IMG/VR virus record: IMGVR_UViG_2534681774_000011
Coordinates: 1 to 5,988 of that record
Source: a virus
Lineage: Duplodnaviria > Heunggongvirae > Uroviricota > Caudoviricetes
Length of the DNA: 5,988 nt
Strand: one strand, 5' to 3'
How positions within the stretch are numbered: position 1 is the first letter of the stretch; every line of letters begins with the position of its first letter. The notes under the pieces are model-generated. The model made no database searches, was not told the origin of the DNA, and worked only from the letters and a program-made list of their open reading frames with translations. A program made the translations under genes and the position numbers. Of this stretch, positions 1-5,896 are shown one piece after another.

Positions 1-1
1 C

Positions 2-154
2 GCATCACGCGTCGCGCAAATCATGCACATCAATATGCTGCATGAGCGTAGCTGCGAACTTTCAAACCTCTATTCATCCGCTGTTTTCAGCTATCTGGCG
101 GATGATCTGCGCGAGCTTCAGCAGCTCATCCAGCAGCAAAACAAACTCCATTAA
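2..154 (+). CDS. 3' end of an upstream gene entering from beyond the window (hypothetical protein, C-terminus ...LADDLRELQQLIQQQNKLH)
   Basis: Reading frame +2 is open from the window edge to TAA at 152-154 and translates to a protein-like sequence (ASRVAQIMHINMLHERSCELSNLYSSAVFSYLADDLRELQQLIQQQNKLH). It is co-oriented with the downstream operon. The competing +3 frame ORF (42-230) is serine-rich low complexity. Frame choice is unresolved without a homology search. Confidence 0.35.
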   Translation, partial: ASRVAQIMHINMLHERSCELSNLYSSAVFSYLADDLRELQQLIQQQNKLH

Positions 155-226
155 TTCCTGTTCCGGGCCTTTCCTGCACCTTGCGGCGGGAGGCCTTCGC
201 ACATCTGTAACAAGAGGATTGCCGCA

Positions 227-592
227 ATGATTCTCGCCAACGACTTTCTTGAATACCTGCTCAACACAGAACGTGATCTTGCCGCTCGCGTGCGTGAACG
301 TTATGACATGTACCTGAAATCCCTGCCTGTACCGCAGCTCGCTGACGGAAAGATTGTTATTGATGGTCGCTACATGATTGACAGCCACGAGGGAAATTAC
401 AGGCTTTACCGCATTGAAGGTGGCACCCCGTCCGTTATTGGCATTTACCAGCGCCCATCCTCTGCAATCGTCGATGTGATTGCCGACAGCATCCGCATCA
501 CACATCGCCATGCCGACACAGAAGACACCGTGCTGGAAATTCAGCGGCTGGCTACAGTCTGCCGCGACACCCTGAATGGCATAACGAAGTAA
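227..592 (+). CDS. hypothetical small protein of the early/replication operon, 121 aa, function unknown
   Basis: ATG at 227 preceded by AGAGGA about 13 nt upstream. Stop TAA 590-592 lies 6 nt before the next ATG (599), giving tight operon spacing with the gpA-like gene. The translation has no recognisable motif. The antisense ORF 74-1063 is judged spurious. Confidence 0.6.
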   Translation: MILANDFLEYLLNTERDLAARVRERYDMYLKSLPVPQLADGKIVIDGRYMIDSHEGNYRLYRIEGGTPSVIGIYQRPSSAIVDVIADSIRITHRHADTEDTVLEIQRLATVCRDTLNGITK

Positions 593-598
593 ATCACT

Positions 599-1060
599 AT
601 GACGGCAGAGTACATCAGGGACTGGCAGCAACCGCGCCACGCAGTGGGGCGTGAAGGAACGGGGATCCCCGCTCCTGAATCCGCGCTTTCCTCCTGGCTG
701 GATGCCTACCGGGCAGAGAACGAGCGCTGCCAGGAAATGGCTGATGCGGCGTTCTCCGCCACGCCGCTGGGCAACCTGATTAATAAAAGCCTGGACGCAC
801 AGGAAAAACAGGACAAAACCATCACACTGGCAGGAGACGCCAGAAAGCAGGCACGCGGCGCGGTGGATGAAGCCATGGCCTCGCTGCGCCTGCTGCCATC
901 CTATCTGCGCGATCCGCTTATTCGCCACCTCTCCTTCCTGCGCAAAAAACAGGAATCGACCGCCAGAAAGGCAAAAAGAGCTGGCAGGCTGAACGCTACG
1001 CGCGCGGAACCCTGCGCAAAATATTCGAACGTCTGGACCGCACCGACGGGCGCTGGCTGA
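599..1060 (+). CDS. probable N-terminal segment of the gpA-like replication initiator, in frame +2 (out of frame with the main ORF); alternatively a separate small gene
   Basis: ATG 599 follows the previous stop by 6 nt. The translation is protein-like up to about residue 125 (...LRLLPSYLRDPLIRHLSFLRKKQESTARKAK) and then turns low-complexity (RAGRLNATRAEPCAKYSNVWTAPTGAG). Exactly there, frame +1 becomes protein-like and continues into the HUH initiator ORF. Frame +1 is open from 871 to 1105 without any ATG/GTG/TTG. Confidence 0.5.
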   Translation: MTAEYIRDWQQPRHAVGREGTGIPAPESALSSWLDAYRAENERCQEMADAAFSATPLGNLINKSLDAQEKQDKTITLAGDARKQARGAVDEAMASLRLLPSYLRDPLIRHLSFLRKKQESTARKAKRAGRLNATRAEPCAKYSNVWTAPTGAG

Positions 1061-1104
1061 CACCGGGTTATCGCTCCCTTGCCGGACGCGAACGCCTGGA
1101 TGAT

Positions 1105-3420
1105 TTGCTTTACCTGCCGCAGCTCAACAAGCACCAGATACAGACGCTGGCCACCATGACGGCGGCGATGTTCAGCAGCACCTTCGAAACACTCTGCGAT
1201 GGCTTTGGTGCCAGAGATGGCGAACTGACCATGGATGTAACGCTGAAGGCGTATCGGATGCTGGCCCGTATCGCATTACGCCTGCACATCATGCCGCCAC
1301 ATTACGACGCACTGACAACAGACAAAGACCGGAGGAACGATCCGGACACGGAACTGTTACCGGGCGCAATCCTTCGCCTGACCTGTGCGGAATGGTGGAA
1401 ACGCAAACTGTGGCTGTTACGTTGCGAGTGGAGAGAAGAACAACTCCGCGCCGCCTGTCTGGTTTCCAGAAAAACATCACCCTATCTGAGCCAGGACGCG
1501 TTAAGCGAGTTTCGCGCACAGCGCGAGAAAACACGCGATTTCCTGAAAAGTTTCATGCTGGAAAATGAAGACGGGTTCACGATTGATCTCGAGACAGTGT
1601 ATTACGCGGGAGTAAGTAACCCGGTTCACCGTAAGGCAGAAATGATGGCCACCATGAAGGGACTGGAACTTCTGGCCGAAGCCCGTGGCGACAGAGCGGT
1701 GTTTCTGACTGTCACCTGCCCGTCAAAATACCACGCAACAACGGAGAACGGTCATCCGAACCCCAAATGGAACGGGGCCACCATGCGCGACTCCAGCGAT
1801 TACCTGGTTAACACGTTTTTTGCGGCGGTCCGCAAGAAACTGAACCGCGACGGCCTGCGCTGGTATGGCATCCGCACGGTGGAGCCTCACCATGACGGAA
1901 CCGTGCACTGGCATATGATGGTCTTTGCCCATCCGGAAGAAATCGACACCATTGTGTCCCACACCCGCGATATTGCCATTCAGGAAGATCGTCACGAGCT
2001 GGGCGATGATATTACTCCGCGCTTTAAGGCGGAGTATGTAGACGGCTCAAAAGGCACGCCAACCAGCTACATCGCCACCTACATCGGAAAGAACCTGGAC
2101 AGCCGCGCCGTGGATGGCATCGACCCGAAAACGGGCAAGCCACGCGTTGACCACGAAACAGGAAAATCAATGGCCGAGAGCGTGGAGCGCGCCATCGGCT
2201 GGGCGCGCCTTCACCGGGTCCGCCAGTTCCAGTTCTTTGGCATCCCCTCCCGTCAGGTGTGGCGTGAACTCCGCCGCCTTGCCAGCCAGATGGCACGCAA
2301 CCCGGAAGGCCCGCAACGGCTGAAGGATGACGCAATGGATGCGGTTCTTGCTGCCGCTGATGCCGGATGTTTTGCCACCTACATAGAGAAACAGGGCGGC
2401 GTACTTGTTCCACGCAAAGACTACCTGATTCGCACCGCCTACGACCTCGCCGATGAGCTGAACGATTACGGCGAACAGAGCGTACAGATTTACGGGATCT
2501 GGTCACCACTCATCGGGGAATCCTCCCGTGTGTGCACGCATCCGGATAACTGGAAGCTGGTAAGACGCAAACCGGAAGCGGAAGACAGCGCCCGCGAAAA
2601 TGGTTTTGACCTTCAGGGCGGCCCTGCCGCCCCTTGGACTCGTGGCAATAACTGTCCCCGTGTACAGGAAACGGACAACAACGGGACAGAACAGTCGGAA
2701 GAACGGCCAGCACCGTGGCCGCAGCTCCCTGACGGCGTTGAAGTGAACGAATGGATGCGCTCACTGAAACGGCACGAACGCCGGGCGCTGATGCGTTCGC
2801 TTCGTGACAAACAGGCAAAAAACAGCAGTGATGAAATGCAGAGCTGGACACAGAGCCGCAAACAGCAGCGGCCTTTGCCTGATAACCACGAATTACTCGC
2901 TAAAGAATGGCGGAAGTCTGCCGAATCTCTCGGCCTGCATATCGGTGAACAGCAGATGCAGCACCTGTTACGGGGCGGCAGTCTGTACGTTGACGGCAGC
3001 ATCATTGCACCGCAGGGATTTGAAATTGTACGCAAACCGGATACCCGCCCGGACAGTCGAATCACGCAGCTCTGGCAGCACCTGAGCCGTAATCACGGCG
3101 TAAGCAGCACGGAGATCCGCCATAACCCGGTCGCCAGCTATCTGGCACAGCTGGGGGCATCAGACCCCGAAGCCGCCGCACGCCTGGCATCCGCACTTCA
3201 GCAGGATCAGAACACCATGAAAACACCCGTTACCGTGCTTTCTGACATGCTGCGCGCCATCCGCGACGCAGAGCACGCACAGAGAATCAGTGAAACCACT
3301 GAACGCGCCAGCCGCAAAGCAGACCTGCTGCAGGGTGGCCTGACCAGTGGAAACAAAAAACAGACAGAAACGGGATCCACAAATCCCGTAAATGAGCAAA
3401 AAACGCGCCGCGATATATGA
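1105..3420 (+). CDS. phage P2 gpA-family rolling-circle replication initiation endonuclease (HUH nickase); major in-frame portion, likely N-terminally incomplete as an ORF
   Basis: 771-codon ORF. Contains the HUH-type metal-binding motif VEPHHDGTVHWHMMVF (nt about 1885-1930) and paired catalytic tyrosines Y-IAT-Y-IGKN (TAC 2068-2070 and 2080-2082), characteristic of P2 A-type initiators. The ORF-track start at 1105 is TTG with no convincing SD. Coding-like sequence continues upstream in the same frame to the stop at 868-870. Confidence 0.85.
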   Translation: MLYLPQLNKHQIQTLATMTAAMFSSTFETLCDGFGARDGELTMDVTLKAYRMLARIALRLHIMPPHYDALTTDKDRRNDPDTELLPGAILRLTCAEWWKRKLWLLRCEWREEQLRAACLVSRKTSPYLSQDALSEFRAQREKTRDFLKSFMLENEDGFTIDLETVYYAGVSNPVHRKAEMMATMKGLELLAEARGDRAVFLTVTCPSKYHATTENGHPNPKWNGATMRDSSDYLVNTFFAAVRKKLNRDGLRWYGIRTVEPHHDGTVHWHMMVFAHPEEIDTIVSHTRDIAIQEDRHELGDDITPRFKAEYVDGSKGTPTSYIATYIGKNLDSRAVDGIDPKTGKPRVDHETGKSMAESVERAIGWARLHRVRQFQFFGIPSRQVWRELRRLASQMARNPEGPQRLKDDAMDAVLAAADAGCFATYIEKQGGVLVPRKDYLIRTAYDLADELNDYGEQSVQIYGIWSPLIGESSRVCTHPDNWKLVRRKPEAEDSARENGFDLQGGPAAPWTRGNNCPRVQETDNNGTEQSEERPAPWPQLPDGVEVNEWMRSLKRHERRALMRSLRDKQAKNSSDEMQSWTQSRKQQRPLPDNHELLAKEWRKSAESLGLHIGEQQMQHLLRGGSLYVDGSIIAPQGFEIVRKPDTRPDSRITQLWQHLSRNHGVSSTEIRHNPVASYLAQLGASDPEAAARLASALQQDQNTMKTPVTVLSDMLRAIRDAEHAQRISETTERASRKADLLQGGLTSGNKKQTETGSTNPVNEQKTRRDI
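3368..3392. repeat. copy 1 of a 25-bp repeat containing a 7-bp-arm palindrome (AAACGGGAT-N6-ATCCCGTAAA); candidate centromere/operator or origin element
   Basis: aaACGGGATccacaaATCCCGTaaa. Arms ACGGGAT and ATCCCGT are perfect reverse complements separated by 6 nt. It lies inside the last 50 nt of the gpA-like ORF. Confidence 0.55.
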
Positions 3421-3496
3421 AGCGCGCACAAAACAGGCAAAAACGGGATTTCAGAATCCCGTAAACGATTAATTAATCAACATAAGGAAAAGCGAC
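3421..3496 (+). promoter_or_regulatory. putative promoter/operator region of the parM-parR operon
   Basis: AT-rich 76-bp intergenic stretch (..cgattaattaatcaacataaggaaaagcgac) with SD AAGGA at 3484-3488 and palindrome copy 2 overlapping the likely promoter. In known ParMRC loci the ParR-bound repeats flank the par promoter. No precise -35/-10 could be assigned with confidence. Confidence 0.35.
3441..3465. repeat. copy 2 of the same 25-bp palindrome-containing repeat, in the intergenic region upstream of parM
   Basis: aaACGGGATttcagaATCCCGTaaa. Arms and flanks are identical to copy 1 and only the 6-nt spacer differs. It is 73 bp downstream of copy 1 and about 30 bp upstream of the parM ribosome-binding site. 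Confidence 0.55.
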
Positions 3497-4456
3497 ATGA
3501 AAATTTGTATCGACGACGGCTCCACCAACATCAAGCTGGCATGGACTGAGAACGGCGAACGCCGCAACGCCATCAGCCCGAACAGCTTCAAGTCGGAATG
3601 GTCTGCGCCGTTCGGTGGCACGCATCCCGCGAACTACATGCTTGATGGCGTGCGCTATGGCTTTGATCCGGTCAGCGATCGCTTTGTCCAGACGACCGAC
3701 ACGCAATACCAGTACAGCGATGTGAATGTAATCGCCATTCACCACGCGCTGGTCAAATCAGGCATCACACCACAGGAGGTGGATGTGGTTGTCACCCTGC
3801 CACTGAGCGAGTATTTCGACACAAACGCACAGCCGGACATGGCCAACATCAACCGCAAAAAAGCGAACGTCATGCGCCCGGTGGAGTACCAGAACGGTGA
3901 GGCATTCACTATCCGTAACGTGCGGGTTATGCCTGAATCCATTCCGGCAGGCTTTAAGGCACTGGCTGACATGAGTCCGTTTGAATCCCTGCTGATTGTG
4001 GATTTGGGCGGAACCACGCTGGATGTGGCAAAGGTTCAGGGACAACTGGCAGGTATCAGCCAGGTGTTTTGCGATCCACACGTAGGTGTTTCACTGATGG
4101 CCGATGCCGTGCTGTCGGTGATGGCCACTAACGGTATGCGCACCAGTCACCACATCGCCAATACCATTATTGAACATCGCCATGATGAAGCCTGGCTGCG
4201 CCAGCACATCCACAATGACGCGCATTACGCCAGCCTGATGGCGGTTATTCGTGAAAAGGAAGAAACACTGAAACAACGCGTGATCCGCGCGCTGGCGGGT
4301 TTTTCGGGTTACGGGCGGGTGATGGTTGTCGGTGGCGGGGCGGAGATTGTGGCACCCGCTATCCGCGAAGCCTGCGGAGTTAATGCGACTTTCATCGCGG
4401 ACGGGGTGCCACAGTTTGCTCTGGTTAATGGGCTGTACGCAATGGACAAGGAGTAA
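3497..4456 (+). CDS. parM: ParM/StbA-family actin-like segregation ATPase (type II partition)
   Basis: 319 aa. The N-terminus MKICIDDGSTNIKLAW...ISPNSFKSEW...YQYSDVNVIAIHHAL...VDVVVTLPL closely parallels plasmid R1 ParM as recalled (MLVFIDDGSTNIKLQW...ISPNSFKREW...WQYSDVNVVAVHHAL...). Length matches ParM (about 320 aa). Actin-fold phosphate motifs DDGSTN and VDLGGTT are present. SD AAGGA lies 8 nt upstream of ATG 3497. Confidence 0.9.
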   Translation: MKICIDDGSTNIKLAWTENGERRNAISPNSFKSEWSAPFGGTHPANYMLDGVRYGFDPVSDRFVQTTDTQYQYSDVNVIAIHHALVKSGITPQEVDVVVTLPLSEYFDTNAQPDMANINRKKANVMRPVEYQNGEAFTIRNVRVMPESIPAGFKALADMSPFESLLIVDLGGTTLDVAKVQGQLAGISQVFCDPHVGVSLMADAVLSVMATNGMRTSHHIANTIIEHRHDEAWLRQHIHNDAHYASLMAVIREKEETLKQRVIRALAGFSGYGRVMVVGGGAEIVAPAIREACGVNATFIADGVPQFALVNGLYAMDKE

Positions 4457-4460
4457 GCCA

Positions 4461-4772
4461 ATGACGACACCAACCAGACGGATAAGTTTCTATCTGAAGC
4501 CCGCCGCCGTCAAGAACGAAGGCGAAGCATGCGCCTGGCTGGACAGCCTTACACCAGAAGCCCGCAAAAGTGGTCAACGCGTGGCTTTTCTGGCCGGGCT
4601 GGCACTACTGAAAATGAATCCGGCAGAGGCTTACCGACTGGCTGCATGGGCTGATGATGAGGCGTTATCAGTGACACAAACCAGGACAGAACGCCCCGCG
4701 TCACAGCCAGTATCAGCCGCACAGATAACCAGTCAGATGGCCGGAAATATCCGGGCGTTATTTCCCGAATAA
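4461..4772 (+). CDS. parR: ParR/StbB-like centromere-binding adaptor of the type II partition system
   Basis: 104 aa from ATG 4461, with SD AAGGAG at 4448-4453, 4 nt after the parM stop. The N-terminal region RRISFYLKPAAV...LDSLTPEARKSGQRVAFLAGLALL resembles R1 ParR as recalled (RRTIAFKLNPDV...LDSIPQGERSRLNRAALTAGLALY). The ORF-track start at 4326 is an upstream in-frame extension overlapping parM and is not used. Confidence 0.75.
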   Translation: MTTPTRRISFYLKPAAVKNEGEACAWLDSLTPEARKSGQRVAFLAGLALLKMNPAEAYRLAAWADDEALSVTQTRTERPASQPVSAAQITSQMAGNIRALFPE

Positions 4773-4777
4773 CACAA

Positions 4778-4801
4778 CATCAGGGCGCATCCGCCCTGAT
4801 G
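4778..4801 (+). terminator. perfect 10-bp-stem/4-nt-loop GC-rich hairpin immediately after parR; possible terminator or module-boundary structure (no U-tract)
   Basis: CATCAGGGCG-catc-CGCCCTGATG begins 6 nt after the parR stop. It is followed by ACTTTAACCC rather than a T-run, so it is not a canonical intrinsic terminator. Composition shifts to lower GC downstream. Confidence 0.3.
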
Positions 4802-4835
4802 ACTTTAACCCGGGAGCATAAACAAGGGGGACACA

Positions 4836-5168
4836 ATGCAACACATTGACAGAGAAAAAGCGCAGCGACTGATTGAGCGGATGGAAGCGCTGGCGAAAGA
4901 AGAAAATGTCAACATCCAAAAAATAGCTGAATGTGGCCAGATAGTTCTTCGTCGTGAAAAAGACCTCAAACAACTGATGTCTGGCGAAACCAGCAAAACA
5001 TGGACTTCAGGTGAGGAGACGATTTATTGCAGCTTCTGCAATAAATCCCAGTACGAAGTCACAAAGGTGATTGCTGGACCGTCTGTTTACATCTGCAATG
5101 AGTGCGTGGATTTGTGCAATGAAATTATCAGGAGAGAAGTGACAGACAAAAAGGGAAAAAACGCATGA
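4836..5168 (+). CDS. small protein with a C-terminal ClpX-type C4 zinc-binding domain (zf-C4_ClpX-like), standalone and lacking an AAA+ module
   Basis: 110 aa. SD GGGGGA lies 5-6 nt before ATG 4836. The C-terminus ...[38 protein letters not shown] nearly matches the ClpX N-domain as recalled ([39 protein letters not shown]), with the four Zn-ligand cysteines CSFC...CNEC. The N-terminal 70 aa are predicted helical and charged. Confidence 0.8.
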   Translation: MQHIDREKAQRLIERMEALAKEENVNIQKIAECGQIVLRREKDLKQLMSGETSKTWTSGEETIYCSFCNKSQYEVTKVIAGPSVYICNECVDLCNEIIRREVTDKKGKNA

Positions 5169-5500
5169 ACAGAAAACAAAAACAAGAGTTGAAATACTTC
5201 TTACGTAAAGAAATTGCCAGGCTTGAAGATGCAGAATCACAATCATCAGAAATTCCGTTCGGAATGGATATCAACGACGCCCGTATACTCCAGGCATACC
5301 GCATAGCTCAGGCTGCACTACAGGCAAAACCGTCAGATGGACTGGTTAGAGCAGTACGTTTCTATGAACTGGTAAAGCGTGAGAATCCGCCAGTCGAAAC
5401 CGGAGCATGGAAAGACGCTGTTGACTGGGTGCTCAAAGAGGCTTGCCATGTTGTAAATATTGGTATCAAGGGAGGGGGATATGGCAACCAACAACCGTAA
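5165..5500 (+). CDS. hypothetical protein, 111 aa, translationally coupled to the ClpX-ZBD-like gene
   Basis: ATG 5165 overlaps the upstream TGA (5166-5168) in an ATGA arrangement. The translation is protein-like and no motif was recognised. Confidence 0.65.
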   Translation: MNRKQKQELKYFLRKEIARLEDAESQSSEIPFGMDINDARILQAYRIAQAALQAKPSDGLVRAVRFYELVKRENPPVETGAWKDAVDWVLKEACHVVNIGIKGGGYGNQQP

Positions 5501-5675
5501 AGCAAAGATTCTGTTAGTTCGCAGAAACGATCCAGGCGTATGGCAGTGGGTGAGACTCAGCAACCGACGAATTGGGTTGATGAAATATTACGGGATGATG
5601 GATTGCGGTTTTTGCAAAAAGCCCAGCGCGGCGCAAAACCGCTGGAAAAACCACTTTCGCATTAAAGGAGAGTGA
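5481..5675 (+). CDS. hypothetical small basic protein, 64 aa
   Basis: ATG 5481 is preceded by a strong SD AAGGGAGGGGG (5468-5478) and overlaps the 3' end of the preceding ORF by 20 nt. The protein is lysine/arginine-rich ([23 protein letters not shown]...). The ORF-track start at 5460 is rejected in favour of the SD-backed ATG. Confidence 0.5.
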   Translation: MATNNRKAKILLVRRNDPGVWQWVRLSNRRIGLMKYYGMMDCGFCKKPSAAQNRWKNHFRIKGE

Positions 5676-5676
5676 G

Positions 5677-5895
5677 GTGCCTACACTATTCAGGAAAAAC
5701 TATCCGCGAAAGAGTAGAGCAATAGAATTTCTGTTTCTCATTCTGTTTATCGTGTTGATGATACCGATATCCCCGCTAATTTTTATCTGGGCAATCGGGA
5801 AAATAATTGAGCCAGTTATTGAATTGTATAACGACGTGGTATGGGCGTCGTTCAACACATTGCACAATAAAATTAATCCGTATAAGGAAAACTGA
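5677..5895 (+). CDS. hypothetical small membrane protein, 72 aa, with one long hydrophobic helix
   Basis: GTG 5677 lies 1 nt after the upstream TGA, with SD AAAGGAG (5664-5670) 6 nt upstream. The hydrophobic segment AIEFLFLILFIVLMIPISPLIFIWAIG is flanked by basic residues. The region is markedly AT-rich. The antisense ORF 5700-5969 is considered spurious. Confidence 0.5.
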   Translation: MPTLFRKNYPRKSRAIEFLFLILFIVLMIPISPLIFIWAIGKIIEPVIELYNDVVWASFNTLHNKINPYKEN

Positions 5896-5896
5896 T

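Noticed and set aside
42-230. +3 frame ORF whose stop overlaps the ATG at 227 (ATGA)
   Set aside because: The translation contains a low-complexity serine run (SFSSSSSSKTNSINSCSG) and looks non-protein-like. The +2 frame ending at 154 translates more plausibly. It cannot be excluded without a homology search.
941-980. Programmed -1 ribosomal frameshifting at the A-runs (944-949, 973-977) to make full-length gpA
   Set aside because: There is no canonical X-XXY-YYZ slippery heptamer in the +2 frame and no obvious downstream pseudoknot or hairpin. gpA-family initiators are not known to require frameshifting, so mutation or sequencing error is more parsimonious.
74-1063. 329-aa ORF on the minus strand spanning the small ORF and the 5' gpA region
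   Set aside because: It is antisense to two well-organised + strand ORFs with tight stop/start spacing. The translation is Cys/Arg-rich with no motif, typical of a spurious antisense frame in GC-rich coding DNA.
2024-3065. Several 100-160-aa ORFs on the minus strand inside the gpA-like gene (2024-2509, 2510-2851, 2613-3065)
   Set aside because: They are embedded antisense in a gene with clear catalytic motifs. The translations are Arg/Cys/Ser-rich low complexity, and they are likely chance open frames in GC-rich DNA.
3368-3465. Reading the two palindromes as rho-independent terminators for gene A
   Set aside because: The stems are short (7 bp) and AT-containing, and they are followed by AAA/AAACGATT rather than a U-tract. 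The near-identical duplicated arms with different spacers fit a protein-binding site better.
4326-4460. Upstream extension of the parR ORF as given in the ORF track (start 4326)
   Set aside because: The extension overlaps the 3' end of parM in another frame and has no RBS. The ATG at 4461 has an AAGGAG SD and yields a ParR-sized protein whose N-terminus aligns with ParR.
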